A stretch of DNA of 64,000 bases from Sphingobium sp. (GCA_041396745.1 JAWKXZ010000002.1:724665-788664), one strand, 5' to 3'; numbered from the stretch's first letter, positions 50,529-61,705 are shown. The notes: generated by a model not told the origin, from the sequence alone. Numbers and translations: made by a program.

Positions 50529-51282
50529 CTTACTGGTCGACGGCCTCATCGCTTTGCTGGCCGGAATGGTCGGCGGCGCGATGAACGCACTGGCGGGCGG
50601 AGGAACATTCGCCACCCTGCCCGCTCTGATCGCACTCGGCCTGCCCGCCAATATCGCCAACGCGACATCCAATTTCGCGCTGCTGCCGGGCGCTTGCTCC
50701 AGCGCATGGGTCTATAGACGCGAGTTGAAACCCCTCGGCGGCGTGCCCATCGGGTGGCTAGCCGTCATAACCTTCTTCAGCGGGCTCGCAGGCGGCATAT
50801 TACTCGTCGCCACGCCGACCGAGACATTCGACATCATCATCCCATGGCTTTTGTTGTTTGCGTTCGTGGTGATGCTGTTCGGTGCGAAGGCCAGCCAATG
50901 GTTACGCGCACGGATAACAATCGGCGTGCCAACGCTGATAGTGGCTCAAATGCTACTCGGCACTTATGGGGGATATTTCGGCGGCGGAGTCGGCCTTGTC
51001 ACCACGGCGCTTTATGGCTTGCTGGCCGGCATCACTATTCGCGAGATGTTCGCACCGCGCACGCTGATGCTGATGATCGCCAATTTCGCGGCGGCTTTCA
51101 TCTTCCTGTGGTTCGACATGATCGACTGGCGGCTTTGCCTTCCCATGCTCGTAGGTGCGGCCCTAGGCGGCTGGCTTGGCGCGCATGTCGGCAAAAAGCT
51201 GCCACTGCCGATCGTCAGAGCGTGGACATTGGCCGTGACGGCGGCGACAACGGCTGTCTTTTTCAGCAGGGCCTATTTTTAA
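50521..51282 (+). CDS. TauE/SafE family sulfite exporter-like membrane protein
   Basis: About 8 TM segments. [14 protein letters not shown] motif. Confidence 0.75.
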   Translation: MADLLVDGLIALLAGMVGGAMNALAGGGTFATLPALIALGLPANIANATSNFALLPGACSSAWVYRRELKPLGGVPIGWLAVITFFSGLAGGILLVATPTETFDIIIPWLLLFAFVVMLFGAKASQWLRARITIGVPTLIVAQMLLGTYGGYFGGGVGLVTTALYGLLAGITIREMFAPRTLMLMIANFAAAFIFLWFDMIDWRLCLPMLVGAALGGWLGAHVGKKLPLPIVRAWTLAVTAATTAVFFSRAYF

Positions 51283-51295
51283 GCGCTGCCGCGAC

Positions 51296-51649
51296 TTAAG
51301 GCTTGGCGCTTAGCGCCTTGCTGACCTCGGCCATGCAGGTCTTGGCGTTCACCTCTTTCAACATGGCGGCCGCTTCCTGCGAATGGGTGCTGACCAGCGG
51401 GGCGATCGCCTGATTGGGGTGCCGTGTGGCGATCTTGCCGCCATAATAGGACACCGCGAGGCCAAGCTCGCTCTCCAGCTTGTCGGGCAGCTTTCCTTTC
51501 GCCTTCATGTCCCGGGCGGTCAGGCTGATGCCCATGAAACAGGCCATGTCATGCTTGTCGGCCGCGCTGAGCGCCGAGGCTGCGGGGGCAGGTGCGGCAA
51601 GGAAAGCCGCGCTCGCAAGCGCCGCAGTGAAAAATGCATAACGAATCAT
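51296..51649 (-). CDS. Hypothetical secreted protein
   Basis: MIRYAFFTAALASAAFLAAPAPA is a signal peptide. Internal ATG at 51649. Confidence 0.5.
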   Translation of the reverse strand: MIRYAFFTAALASAAFLAAPAPAASALSAADKHDMACFMGISLTARDMKAKGKLPDKLESELGLAVSYYGGKIATRHPNQAIAPLVSTHSQEAAAMLKEVNAKTCMAEVSKALSAKP

Positions 51650-51686
51650 GTGCTGCCTTTGGATTGATTTCTGGGTGGCTGGTGCG

Positions 51687-52910
51687 TCAGGCTGCCTTTT
51701 GCAGCTCCAGCTCCATGCGATCCCAGATTTCGACCAGCGCCGCAACCAGATCGCGCATCATTTCTTCGGTATGTGCAGGACCTGGGGTAAACCGCAGCCG
51801 CTCCGTTCCGCGCGGGACGGTCGGGTAATTGATCGGCTGCACATAGACGCCATATTCGGCAAGCAATATGTCGCTGATCTTCTTGGCTTTCACGGGGTCG
51901 CCAACCATCAGCGGCACGATATGCGTGACCGACGGCATGACCGGAAGGCCCGCTTCAGCCATCAGGTGCTTCAGCGTTGCGGCAGACGCCTGCTGCCCAT
52001 CCCGCTCCTCGCTCGACTGTTTGAGGTGCCGGACGCTCGCCAGCACGCCCGCGACCAGAACCGGCGAAAGCGATGTCGTGAAGATGAAGCCGGGCGCATA
52101 GCTGCGAATGCAATCGACAATCATCTGGTCGGCGGTGATATAGCCGCCCATGACGCCGAACGCCTTGCCAAGCGTACCTTCGATCACGGTAACGCGGTTC
52201 GCGACATCGTCGCGTTCGGTGATCCCGCCGCCACGAGCGCCATACATCCCGACCGCATGCACTTCGTCGCAATAGGTAAGTGCATTGAACTCATCGGCGA
52301 GATCGCAAATCTCGGCGATCGGCGCAACGTCGCCATCCATCGAATAGACGCTTTCGAATGCGATCAGCTTGGGCGTATCGACATCCTCCGCCGCCAGCAA
52401 TTCGCGCAGATGCGCCAGATCATTGTGACGGAACACGCGCTTTTCGCAGCCCGAATTGCGGATGCCCGCGATCATGCTGGCATGGTTCAATTCGTCGGAA
52501 AAGATGATGCAGCCCGGCAGCAGCTTGGCGAGCGTTGACAGCGTCGCCTCGTTCGAAACATAGCCGCTGGTGAACAGAAGTGCGGCTTCCTTACCGTGCA
52601 AGTCCGCCAATTCCCATTCTAAATCAACATGATAGTGGGTGTTTCCACCGATATTGCGCGTACCGCCGGAGCCCGCTCCAACATCGTGCAGCGCCTCTTC
52701 CATCGCAGCGACCACCTTGGGATGCTGCCCCATGGCAAGGTAATCGTTCGAACACCAGACGGTGATCGGCTTCGGCCCGTTATGCCCGTGAAAACAACGC
52801 GCGTTGGGAAACGCACCCTTGTTGCGCAGGATATCGATAAACACCCGATAGCGGCCTTCTTCATGAAGACGCTCGATCGCTTGGCTAAAAATATGTTTAT
52901 AGTTCGTCAT
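51687..52910 (-). CDS. hemA: 5-aminolevulinate synthase
   Basis: [29 protein letters not shown]...[14 protein letters not shown]...TLGKAFG. Alpha-oxoamine synthase family. Confidence 0.9.
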   Translation of the reverse strand: MTNYKHIFSQAIERLHEEGRYRVFIDILRNKGAFPNARCFHGHNGPKPITVWCSNDYLAMGQHPKVVAAMEEALHDVGAGSGGTRNIGGNTHYHVDLEWELADLHGKEAALLFTSGYVSNEATLSTLAKLLPGCIIFSDELNHASMIAGIRNSGCEKRVFRHNDLAHLRELLAAEDVDTPKLIAFESVYSMDGDVAPIAEICDLADEFNALTYCDEVHAVGMYGARGGGITERDDVANRVTVIEGTLGKAFGVMGGYITADQMIVDCIRSYAPGFIFTTSLSPVLVAGVLASVRHLKQSSEERDGQQASAATLKHLMAEAGLPVMPSVTHIVPLMVGDPVKAKKISDILLAEYGVYVQPINYPTVPRGTERLRFTPGPAHTEEMMRDLVAALVEIWDRMELELQKAA

Positions 52911-53020
52911 ACTTCGCGCTGCTGCCCCAAATTGCCGCAAGTCGCCCCCGAGGGCCGCCCTTTAACGCGGGCGAGGCGCTATGGCCAGCGATAATGGCTC
53001 GCAACTACTGGTAATATAGG

Positions 53021-53851
53021 TCAAAGCGCCTTGATCTGGAACAAATTAAAAGTTTCTAGCGCCGGTGCGAGCGCTGATATGTCCGCGCTCCTGCTGGTGA
53101 AGACCGCGATTCCCGGCGGACTCCGCTCGGGCCACTGCATATCCCCGTTCAGAAAGGCAATACGCCGGGCGATGCCATCGCCACCATGTAGAAACGCCAA
53201 TGGACCGATGCCCAACGCAGCTGCAGCCTCGGCGAGCTCTTGCTGCACCAGTGGAAAATGGGTGCAGGCAAGCACGACGCTGTCCATCCGGTCGCCGCCC
53301 GATTGCTCGACAAGACCCAGAAGAGCAGTTTTCGCCACCTCTGCGTCGAGCGGCTGCCCGCGCAATTTCGCTTCGGCCAGCGCGACGAGTGCCGCACTGC
53401 CGTGGCGCAGGATCGTGCAATCCGCGCCATGTTCAGCGGCCAGCCGGTCGACATAGGGCTGGCGCACCGTGGCATCGGTGCCCAACACACCGATCACACG
53501 CGTTTTGGAGGAAAGCGCCGCAGGCTTGATCGCGGGCACAGTACCCACGACCGGGATATCGAGGGCCGCGCGCACAGCAGCCAGAGCGATGGTCGATGCC
53601 GTGTTGCACGCGATCACGGCGATACGCGGGCGGTAGCGCTCCACCAGCCGCCCCAGCAAGGCGGGGACGCGCGCAGCAATTTCGGCCTCGCTCTTCGTGC
53701 CATAGGGATAGCCTGCGCTATCGGCCGCATAAACGACCGGCATGTGCGGGATCAGCCTCTGCGCAGGTTCGAGAATCGAGAGGCCACCGACCCCTGAATC
53801 GAAGAAAAGAACGGGGGCATCCGGCTGGCAGTCGGCAAAACTCACTGTCAT
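53021..53851 (-). CDS. murI: Glutamate racemase
   Basis: VLFFDSGVGGLS...ACNTAST...LACTHFP. Start at the internal ATG 53851. Confidence 0.85.
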   Translation of the reverse strand: MTVSFADCQPDAPVLFFDSGVGGLSILEPAQRLIPHMPVVYAADSAGYPYGTKSEAEIAARVPALLGRLVERYRPRIAVIACNTASTIALAAVRAALDIPVVGTVPAIKPAALSSKTRVIGVLGTDATVRQPYVDRLAAEHGADCTILRHGSAALVALAEAKLRGQPLDAEVAKTALLGLVEQSGGDRMDSVVLACTHFPLVQQELAEAAAALGIGPLAFLHGGDGIARRIAFLNGDMQWPERSPPGIAVFTSRSADISALAPALETFNLFQIKAL

Positions 53852-53967
53852 GGCCGCTTGTCTCTGTGTAGAAGGGTGCGAAGTCAAGCGCTGGTGGTTA
53901 GTGATGGCGTAACGACTGAGCGTTCGGCTACGAATACCGTCTGGATTTGTAAAATTGGGGAGCGACC

Positions 53968-54687
53968 ATGGCATCCACCCATAGCCCGGATATTTACCGC
54001 CACAGGCTGCCGACGCGGCTGTGGCACTGGATCAATGCCCTCTGCATCTATGTGCTGTTCACCAGCGGGCTCGGCATATTCAACGCCCATCCGCGCCTTT
54101 ATTGGGGCGAATATGGCGCCAATCTCGATATGGCCTGGCTGGAGCTGTCGCGCTTTCCCGGCTGGCTGACATTGCCCGAGCAATACAGCCTCGCCATGTC
54201 GCGCCACTGGCATTTGTTCACAGCGCCAATTTTCGCCTTTTCGCTCCTCTTCTATATGCTGTGGAGCCTGTTCGCGGGCCATATTCGCCGCGACCTGTCG
54301 TTCAGAAAGGGCGAACTCGCGCCCTCCCATATCTGGCAGGACATAAAGGATCACGCGCGGCTTAAGTTTCCAACCGGCGAGGCCGCCGCGCGCTATAATG
54401 TCCTGCAGAAAAGTTCCTATATAAAGGTAATCTTCCTGTTCCTGCCGATCATCATCCTGACCGGCCTCGCTATGTCACCCGGTATGGACGCGGCTTGGCC
54501 CTGGCTGACGCAGATGTGGGGCGGCAGGCAGTCGGCGCGGTCGATCCATTTCATCGCAGCATGGGTCCTTGCAGCGTTTTTTCTAGTCCATATCGCGATG
54601 GTGCTGCTTGCCGGGCCGGTCAATGAAATCCGCAGCATGATCACGGGGTGGTTCACGCCGCCGCAACAGAAGGAAGAGCAGGCATGA
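53968..54687 (+). CDS. Cytochrome b561-like membrane protein (Ni/Fe-hydrogenase b-type cytochrome family)
   Basis: RLPTRLWHWINALCIYVLFTSG, 4 TM segments with conserved His residues. ATGA-coupled to the downstream molybdoenzyme gene. Confidence 0.7.
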   Translation: MASTHSPDIYRHRLPTRLWHWINALCIYVLFTSGLGIFNAHPRLYWGEYGANLDMAWLELSRFPGWLTLPEQYSLAMSRHWHLFTAPIFAFSLLFYMLWSLFAGHIRRDLSFRKGELAPSHIWQDIKDHARLKFPTGEAAARYNVLQKSSYIKVIFLFLPIIILTGLAMSPGMDAAWPWLTQMWGGRQSARSIHFIAAWVLAAFFLVHIAMVLLAGPVNEIRSMITGWFTPPQQKEEQA

Positions 54688-55448
54688 GCCTTATCCTGAC
54701 GCGCCGCGCGCTGGTGGCTGGACTGGGTGTGTCGGCCACCGGGCTACTGACCGGCTGCGACAAACTGGCCGAGCATAAGGGCGTTCGCGACGCCTTGTTC
54801 TCCGCTGAGAATTTTCACCAATGGGCGCAGCGCAGCCTGATGAGCCGCGACACGCTCGCCCGCGAATATCGCCCGGATCAGGTCTCCCCGATTTTTCGGT
54901 CCAACGGGACGCGCAACCCCAATACCGACGAATATAAAAGCTGGTGGCGAGAGGATTTCGCCAACTGGCGGTTGCAGATTGATGGGCTGGTCGAACGACC
55001 GCTCGCCGTCTCACTGGCGCAGTTGCGACAGATGCCCGCGCGCGAACAGATTACGCGACATGACTGCGTTGAGGGCTGGAGCGCCATCGGCAAGTGGCGC
55101 GGGGTGCCGCTTTCATCATTGCTGAAGGCAGCAGGGCTGAGCGACCGCGCACGCTATCTCGTCTTTCACTGCGCCGATACGATGGGCGGCGGTGCCCCCT
55201 ATTATGAGAGCATCGACATGGTCGACGCGTTCCATGCGCAGACCATCCTCGCCTATGCCCTCAACGACCGACCTCTTAGCGTCGCCAATGGCGCGCCCTT
55301 GCGCCTGCGCGTTGAGCGGCAGCTTGGATATAAACAGGCGAAGTATCTCAAACGCATTGAAGCGGTGGAAAAAATCGCCACAGTGTACGGCGGCCATGGT
55401 GGCTTTTGGGAGGACCGCGCCGGATATGATTGGTACGCAGGCATTTAA
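54684..55448 (+). CDS. Molybdopterin-dependent oxidoreductase (sulfite oxidase/YedY-like fold)
   Basis: Tat-like signal TRRALVAGLGV. ITRHDCVEGWSAIGKWRGVPL...NGAPLRLRVERQLGYKQAKYLKRIE. Confidence 0.8.
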   Translation: MSLILTRRALVAGLGVSATGLLTGCDKLAEHKGVRDALFSAENFHQWAQRSLMSRDTLAREYRPDQVSPIFRSNGTRNPNTDEYKSWWREDFANWRLQIDGLVERPLAVSLAQLRQMPAREQITRHDCVEGWSAIGKWRGVPLSSLLKAAGLSDRARYLVFHCADTMGGGAPYYESIDMVDAFHAQTILAYALNDRPLSVANGAPLRLRVERQLGYKQAKYLKRIEAVEKIATVYGGHGGFWEDRAGYDWYAGI

Positions 55449-55478
55449 TGCACAGATGACGCAAAGGCGCACCACATC

Positions 55479-56723
55479 ATGGCGCTGATAGACATATTTC
55501 TCAGCCGCATCATCACCGACGGTACGCTGACGCTTGTGCGCACGGACGGATCCAGCCGGACATTCGGGTCCCCCCACCCCGATTTCCCCAATGTCACGAT
55601 GCGCCTCGTCGATCCGAAGGCCGGGCGCGATATCGTACTGCACCCGCGACTTGGTTTTACAGAGGCCTATATGGATGGCCGCCTGACCATCGATGATGAT
55701 GACATCATGGGGCTGGTGGCGCTCGTCAGGAGCAACAACCCTTGGGAGTCCCAAAAGAACATCGGGAAAGCCGGCCCTTTGCGCAAAACCGTCAAGGCTG
55801 CGACGAAGCGGCTGAAGCAGGCCAATGTCAGGGCAGCATCAAAGGCGAATGTCGCCCATCATTATGACCTGTCAGGCGCGCTCTACGATCTGTTTCTCGA
55901 CAAGGACCGACAATATAGCTGCGCCTATTGGGATCAGCCCGACGGCTTGCGGGGCGACGGGCTGGATCAGGCGCAGGAAGACAAGAAGGCCCATATCGCC
56001 GCCAAGCTTGCGCTCAAGCCGGGCATGAAAGTTCTCGACATCGGGTGCGGCTGGGGTGGCATGGCGCTTTACCTCCACCGCAAATGCGGGGTCGATGTGA
56101 CGGGCATCACCCTGTCGGAAGAGCAGCTGGAAGTTGCGCGCAAGCGTGCGGCCGATGCGGGCGTCGCCGACCATGTGCGGTTCGAGCTGATCGACTATCG
56201 CGACATGACGGGAACGTTCGACCGGATCGTTTCGGTCGGCATGTTCGAGCATGTCGGCGTGCCTTATTTCCGCGAATTTTTCCGCTGCTGCCACAATCTG
56301 CTGTCCGAGGATGGCGTGATGCTGCTGCACACGATCGGGCGTATGGGCGGACCGGGAACGACCGACGCGTTTACGCGCAAATATATCTTCCCGGGAGGCT
56401 ATATCCCAGCGCTGAGCGAAATATTGAAGGGCAGCGAACCCAACCGCCTGATGGTAACGGATGTCGAAGCGCTGCGTCTGCATTATGCGATGACGACGCG
56501 GGCCTGGTATGAGCGCTGCCGGGCGAACCGTGCGGAGATAGAAAAGCTTTACGACGCCAAGTTCTTTCGCATGTGGACGCTGTATCTGGCGGGTGCAACC
56601 GCCGCGTTCGAACATGGCGGCATGCTGATCTATCAGGTGCAATATGCGCGCAACCGGCGGACGTTACCGATCACGCGCGATTATATGGCAAAAGCGGAGG
56701 CGCGGTTAAGCGCCTCCGGTTGA
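55479..56723 (+). CDS. cfa: Cyclopropane-fatty-acyl-phospholipid synthase family methyltransferase
   Basis: AHYDLSGALYDLFLD..QYSCAYW, SAM motif VLDIGCGWGG, and SVGMFEHVG. Confidence 0.85.
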   Translation: MALIDIFLSRIITDGTLTLVRTDGSSRTFGSPHPDFPNVTMRLVDPKAGRDIVLHPRLGFTEAYMDGRLTIDDDDIMGLVALVRSNNPWESQKNIGKAGPLRKTVKAATKRLKQANVRAASKANVAHHYDLSGALYDLFLDKDRQYSCAYWDQPDGLRGDGLDQAQEDKKAHIAAKLALKPGMKVLDIGCGWGGMALYLHRKCGVDVTGITLSEEQLEVARKRAADAGVADHVRFELIDYRDMTGTFDRIVSVGMFEHVGVPYFREFFRCCHNLLSEDGVMLLHTIGRMGGPGTTDAFTRKYIFPGGYIPALSEILKGSEPNRLMVTDVEALRLHYAMTTRAWYERCRANRAEIEKLYDAKFFRMWTLYLAGATAAFEHGGMLIYQVQYARNRRTLPITRDYMAKAEARLSASG

Positions 56724-56741
56724 TACGCCCGTATCGGTTGA

Positions 56742-57338
56742 TCAGGAAGATTTGCCGGCTTTCCAGTCAGCCTTCTTCGCCTTCCAATAATCCATTCGCT
56801 CCTGCGAGGTTATGGTGCCGTTTTTGTCGGCATCGACCTTGTCGAAATGGGTCATGGCGGCGGTTTTGGCCTCGGCCATCGTGACCTTGCCGTCATTGTT
56901 GGCATCGGCCATGTCAAACATCTTGCCGCCCATCTTCATGCCATGATGACCGCGATGCCCCATCTTGCGATGGCCATCCCTGTCACCGCCACCGTCACGC
57001 ATTGCCATTTTCATCTTGCCACCACGATCAGCATGCGCGGTGTCGAATTCGGCTCGGCTGATCGAACCGTTGCCGTCCGCATCCATTTTCTTGAAATGCG
57101 CGTCCATGCGCTCGGCGCGCTTGGCGGCACGCTGGGCCTTGATCTCTTCCTTTGTAATCGCGCCATCCTTGTCGGTATCGACCATCGCGAAGCGCTCCTT
57201 GAGCTTTGCCTCGACATCGGCCTTGGTCATGTCGGCCATCATCATCTTGTGGCCACCGTCGCCTTCATGATGCGCGGCAATGGCCGGCACGGCGATGGCG
57301 GCCAGAGCGGCGCTCGCGATCAGAACTGCTTTATTCAT
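56742..57338 (-). CDS. Secreted EF-hand calcium-binding protein with His/Met-rich spacers
   Basis: Signal peptide MNKAVLIASAALAAIAVPAIA. Four EF-hand loops: DTDKDGAITKEE, DADGNGSISRAE, DANNDGKVTMAE and DADKNGTITSQE. AAGGAG RBS before the ATG at 57338. Confidence 0.75.
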   Translation of the reverse strand: MNKAVLIASAALAAIAVPAIAAHHEGDGGHKMMMADMTKADVEAKLKERFAMVDTDKDGAITKEEIKAQRAAKRAERMDAHFKKMDADGNGSISRAEFDTAHADRGGKMKMAMRDGGGDRDGHRKMGHRGHHGMKMGGKMFDMADANNDGKVTMAEAKTAAMTHFDKVDADKNGTITSQERMDYWKAKKADWKAGKSS

Positions 57339-57472
57339 TTCATGCTCCTTGAGAAACTCTTCGACCTGAAACGCTGATATCGCAGCAGCCATGCACCAAA
57401 GATGAACAATTGCAGCAGCCGAAATTCAGAAAAGCATGGCGCGCGTTAACCAAATATGTCAGTCGTGTCCGG

Positions 57473-58111
57473 ATGAGCGAGCGGCCTGACGCAATGACAA
57501 AAGCAAAGGCGACGTCCAGAGGACGCGGGCGCCCCCGTCAGTTCGACATCAGTCAGGCGCAAGACGCGGCGGCACTCCTGTTCCGCGCGCGCGGCTTTGA
57601 TCGCGTGACGCTCAATGACCTGACCGCCGTGATGGGGATCAACCCGCCGAGCTTTTATGCGGCATTCGGCAACAAGGCGTTGCTGTTCGTTCGAATCGCG
57701 GACGCCTATACCGCTGAATGGCTGAACGAAGTGCGCGGCGCGTTCGATGATGAAGAATCGCTCGCGGACGCGCTTGAGGCGATATTGCTGTTGTCCGCTC
57801 GCCGCTTCGCATGGCGGAATAACGGCTCAGGCGCATCCTGGGGCGGCTGTATGATTTTGGAGGCAGCGAACAATTGCAGCGACGCCGCCGTCATCGCGCA
57901 TCTGCGAAAGGCGCGCCTTGCCATTGCAGCGGCGCTCTATCGCGGCATCGCCCGCGCGGCACCAGACCGGGTCGTGGACGTTACAGACCATGTAATGATG
58001 CTGTTCGCCGGGCTGTCCGCCATTGGCAGGGACGGCACCTCTGCTGAGCGCCTCGCCGTGGTTGCCCGGCAGGCAGCACGTTCGCTCATGGTCGACGGGG
58101 CGATGGCTTAA
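57473..58111 (+). CDS. TetR family transcriptional regulator
   Basis: HTH region AAALLFRARGFDRVTLNDLTAVMGINPPSFYAAFGNK. Start position uncertain. Confidence 0.8.
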   Translation: MSERPDAMTKAKATSRGRGRPRQFDISQAQDAAALLFRARGFDRVTLNDLTAVMGINPPSFYAAFGNKALLFVRIADAYTAEWLNEVRGAFDDEESLADALEAILLLSARRFAWRNNGSGASWGGCMILEAANNCSDAAVIAHLRKARLAIAAALYRGIARAAPDRVVDVTDHVMMLFAGLSAIGRDGTSAERLAVVARQAARSLMVDGAMA

Positions 58112-58119
58112 CTCCCCAC

Positions 58120-58704
58120 ATGGACGCATTGCTGACCTCGACCGCGCTCGTTGCGCTTGCCGAAATGGGCGACAAGACGCAACTTCTTGCGATCCTTCTG
58201 GCAACGCGATTCCGCAAGCCCCTCCCTATCGTCGCAGGCATATTCGCCGCGACGATCCTAAATCATTTTCTCGCGGCATTGCTGGGCCATGGTGTGGCGG
58301 GACTGCTGGACAGCCTCGCCTTCCGCATTGCCGTCGCGCTGGGCTTTGTCGCGATGGGCGTGTGGACGCTGATCCCCGACAAAATGGATGACGACGAGTT
58401 GCGCTCGCATGGCCGCATGGGCGTATTCCTGACGACCGCAATCGCTTTTTTCCTCGTGGAGATCGGCGACAAAACCCAGATAGCCACCATTGCGCTGGGG
58501 GCGCAATTCGGCCGCAGCATAGCCGATGTTGCGATGGTGACGCTCGGCACGACGCTGGGCATGATGATCGCCAATGTCCCCGCGGTTTATCTGGGCGACC
58601 TGCTGATCCAGAAGATTCCGCTGGCGCTGATGCGGTCGCTCGCCGCGATCAGCTTCATCATTCTTGGCCTGTGGATGCTGGGCAGCGTGCTGGGCGCGTG
58701 GTGA
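58120..58704 (+). CDS. UPF0016/GDT1 (TMEM165) family cation transporter
   Basis: Two E-x-G-D-K-T motifs: AEMGDKTQLL and EIGDKTQIAT. Confidence 0.8.
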   Translation: MDALLTSTALVALAEMGDKTQLLAILLATRFRKPLPIVAGIFAATILNHFLAALLGHGVAGLLDSLAFRIAVALGFVAMGVWTLIPDKMDDDELRSHGRMGVFLTTAIAFFLVEIGDKTQIATIALGAQFGRSIADVAMVTLGTTLGMMIANVPAVYLGDLLIQKIPLALMRSLAAISFIILGLWMLGSVLGAW

Positions 58705-58774
58705 AGCTGTTGCGATTCGCAACCATCGCTGATAGGCGCGCCCACGATTATCATTCAGTTCGAAAGTTCAGCCG

Positions 58775-59992
58775 ATGTCAGAGAAGATCAACAAAGTAGT
58801 CCTCGCCTTTTCGGGCGGCCTCGACACCAGCGTGATACTGAAATGGCTGCAAAGCGAATATCAGTGCGAAGTGGTGACGTTCACCGCCGATCTGGGTCAG
58901 GGTGAAGAACTGGAACCCGCGCGCGCCAAGGCGAAGCTGATGGGCGTCAAGGACGAACATATCTTCATCGACGACCTGCGCGAGGAGTTCGTGCGCGACT
59001 ATGTGTTCCCGATGATGCGCGCCAATGCGCATTATGAGGGATGGTATCTGCTCGGCACATCCATCGCACGCCCGCTGATCGCCAAGCGGCAGATCGAGAT
59101 CGCCAAGCAGGTCGGCGCCGACGCCGTTTCCCATGGGGCGACGGGCAAGGGCAATGACCAGGTTCGGTTCGAGCTGGGCTATTATGCGCTGCAACCCGAC
59201 ATCAAGGTGATTGCGCCGTGGCGCGAATGGGATCTGACCAGCCGCACGAAGCTGATCGAATTTGCCGAGCAGCACCAGATCCCGATCCCGCGCGACAAGC
59301 GGGGCGAGGCCCCCTTCTCCACCGACGCGAACATGTTGCACACCTCGTCTGAGGGTAAAGTGCTGGAAGATCCGTGGGAGGAAACGCCCGATTTCGTCTA
59401 TTCGCGCACGGTCAATCCGGAAGATGCGCCGGATCAGCCGGAATATATCACGATCGATTTCGAACGGGGCAATGGTGTCGCCATCAACGGCGCGGCCCTG
59501 TCACCGGCGACGCTGCTCGAAACGCTGAACGAATATGGCCGCAAGCACGGCATCGGACGGCTGGATCTGGTCGAAAACCGCTTCGTCGGCATGAAGTCGC
59601 GCGGGATGTACGAGACACCGGGAGGCACCATCTATGCCGCCGCCCATCGCGGCATCGAGCAGATCACGCTGGATCGCGGCGCGGCCCATCTGAAAGATGA
59701 GTTGATGCCGAAATATGCCGAGCTGATCTACAACGGCTTCTGGTTCAGCCCCGAACGCGAAATGCTACAGGCGGCCATCAACCATAGTCAGGAAAAGGTG
59801 AGCGGCACGGTTCGCCTGAAGCTGTACAAAGGCAGCGTCAACATCGTCGGGCGCAAGTCACCCAACAGCCTTTACAGCGAGAAGGTCGTGACGTTCGAGG
59901 ATGACGCAGGCGCCTATGACCAGCGTGACGCCGCAGGCTTTATCAAGCTGAACGCCCTGCGCCTCCGACTTTTAGGCCGCCGCGACGGTTAA
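58775..59992 (+). CDS. argG: Argininosuccinate synthase
   Basis: [13 protein letters not shown]...[14 protein letters not shown]. Confidence 0.95.
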   Translation: MSEKINKVVLAFSGGLDTSVILKWLQSEYQCEVVTFTADLGQGEELEPARAKAKLMGVKDEHIFIDDLREEFVRDYVFPMMRANAHYEGWYLLGTSIARPLIAKRQIEIAKQVGADAVSHGATGKGNDQVRFELGYYALQPDIKVIAPWREWDLTSRTKLIEFAEQHQIPIPRDKRGEAPFSTDANMLHTSSEGKVLEDPWEETPDFVYSRTVNPEDAPDQPEYITIDFERGNGVAINGAALSPATLLETLNEYGRKHGIGRLDLVENRFVGMKSRGMYETPGGTIYAAAHRGIEQITLDRGAAHLKDELMPKYAELIYNGFWFSPEREMLQAAINHSQEKVSGTVRLKLYKGSVNIVGRKSPNSLYSEKVVTFEDDAGAYDQRDAAGFIKLNALRLRLLGRRDG

Positions 59993-60271
59993 TCAGTTTT
60001 CGGTTGAAACTGTCGATTTCTGGTTTTCTTGCGCAACCGGGCTGCCCTGCGTGCCATCCGTGACAGGCTGCGACATTTCAATGGATGAGCTGGCTGGCTC
60101 TGCCGTACTGATGCCGCCGGCACCATTGTCCGATGTCAACGCGCCCGACACCCAGACAATGGTCATGATGCCGGCCGCAAGGAAAAGCGAAATACCCAAT
60201 ATATAGCGGACAATATGCGGCGTCTCTCCGCCCCGTGCGCGATCCGTTGTCTCGTGAATTTCCTGTGCCAT
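59993..60271 (-). CDS. Small hypothetical single-TM protein (92 aa)
   Basis: ATG at 60271 is preceded by GGAGATAAAG. One TM segment (IVRYILGISLFLAAGIMTIVWV). The longer track ORF was rejected. Confidence 0.5.
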   Translation of the reverse strand: MAQEIHETTDRARGGETPHIVRYILGISLFLAAGIMTIVWVSGALTSDNGAGGISTAEPASSSIEMSQPVTDGTQGSPVAQENQKSTVSTEN

Positions 60272-60370
60272 CTTTATCTCCTGTTCCGTGATTAACGATG
60301 CTGGGGCTGGCCTGTTCCCGGTCGCTGAAGTTTCACTCGATGATAGTGAATTCTGCGCTATGACATCGGT

Positions 60371-61705
60371 ATGACCGATATTCCGACCAGCGAAGCCGAC
60401 CGAGGAATACCCTGTCCCCGCTCCGCCGTAAGCCACGGCGTCGGCTTGTGCGGACTTGCCGGGCTTGCGATCTGGACATGGTTTGCGTGGGGAAACGGCA
60501 TGGACGGCCCGCATGCGGGGATCGTCGCTGTGCTGACGTGCGGCGTGCCGATGCTGCTTTGGTCCCTGCTGATCGACAAGGTACATCGCAACCCTTCCAC
60601 CGGCATCGACTGGTCCGGGGGTTTGCGCGCGCGGCGGGAGGCACTCGACATATCCATCGTGAAGCTGGCGGGCCTATGGGCAACCTGGGCGGCCATCGGC
60701 CTGTTCTACGCGACCGCCCGCTGGTATTGGGAGGGCGGCTATTCTCAGGCGATGCAGCTGCTCAGCTGGGCGGCAATCCCGCTCGTCCTGCTGTCGATCC
60801 CCTATGTGATATGGCTCGACCAGCGACTGATCGAACCGAAAGACGGCGCCTATGCCTTTGGCCAGTGGGTTATCGGCGGCGCGGCGGGCGCTCCGGCCGA
60901 GGGCGCGCTTGCCAACCATCTGCGCAGCTGGGGCGTGAAAGCATTCTTCCTCGCCTTCATGCTATCCATAACGCCTGCAAATTTTTCCAATGTCATCGGC
61001 TGGCGCATGGGCGACCCGTTGGCTGGCCCGGTGCCGTTCGCCAATTTCCTGATTGCGCTTCTGTTCATGATCGACGTCGCGTTCGCGACGATCGGCTATA
61101 TTTTGACGATGAGGCCGCTCGACGCGCATATTCGCTCTGCCAACCCGCATATGACGGGGTGGGTCGCGGCGCTGATCTGTTACCCGCCATTCGTTCTGAT
61201 GGGTGGCGGTGGCCCACTCGATTATCATCACGGGACGGCGGAATGGAGCAGCTGGTTCGCGGGCAACCAGGTGATGCTCTGGATCTGGGGCAGCATGCTG
61301 GTGGCGCTCACCGCGATGTACGCCTGGGCGACGGTCGCATTTGGTTTGCGATTTTCCAACCTTACGCATCGCGGCATCATTACCCACGGCCCCTATCGCC
61401 TGACGCGGCACCCCGCTTATCTTGCGAAAAACCTGTTCTGGTGGCTGTCCGTCATGCCCTTTCTATCCACCAGCGGAAGCGGGATAGATGTCGCACGCAA
61501 CTGTGCGCTGCTGGCGATCACCTCAGCGGTCTATTACTGGCGTGCGCGCACCGAAGAGCAGCATCTCGCCGAAGATCCCGACTATCACGCCTATCATGAT
61601 TGGATGGAACGGCACGCTCCTGTTCCCTGCCTCCTGTCGAAACTGCGCGGCAAAAGCCGCAGCCCGATCAGCGCGGCGGGCGCTATTCACCCAAAAAAGC
61701 GTTGA
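60371..61705 (+). CDS. Polytopic membrane protein with a C-terminal ICMT/PEMT-like methyltransferase domain
   Basis: THGPYRLTRHPAYLAKNLFWW...EEQHL is typical of isoprenylcysteine carboxyl methyltransferase-like proteins. Confidence 0.65.
   Translation: MTDIPTSEADRGIPCPRSAVSHGVGLCGLAGLAIWTWFAWGNGMDGPHAGIVAVLTCGVPMLLWSLLIDKVHRNPSTGIDWSGGLRARREALDISIVKLAGLWATWAAIGLFYATARWYWEGGYSQAMQLLSWAAIPLVLLSIPYVIWLDQRLIEPKDGAYAFGQWVIGGAAGAPAEGALANHLRSWGVKAFFLAFMLSITPANFSNVIGWRMGDPLAGPVPFANFLIALLFMIDVAFATIGYILTMRPLDAHIRSANPHMTGWVAALICYPPFVLMGGGGPLDYHHGTAEWSSWFAGNQVMLWIWGSMLVALTAMYAWATVAFGLRFSNLTHRGIITHGPYRLTRHPAYLAKNLFWWLSVMPFLSTSGSGIDVARNCALLAITSAVYYWRARTEEQHLAEDPDYHAYHDWMERHAPVPCLLSKLRGKSRSPISAAGAIHPKKR

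Noticed and set aside
53968-55448. Cytochrome b561-like plus molybdoenzyme pair as something novel
   Set aside because: It matches the widespread YedYZ/MsrPQ-like or sulfite-oxidase-like two-gene arrangement and is ordinary core metabolism.
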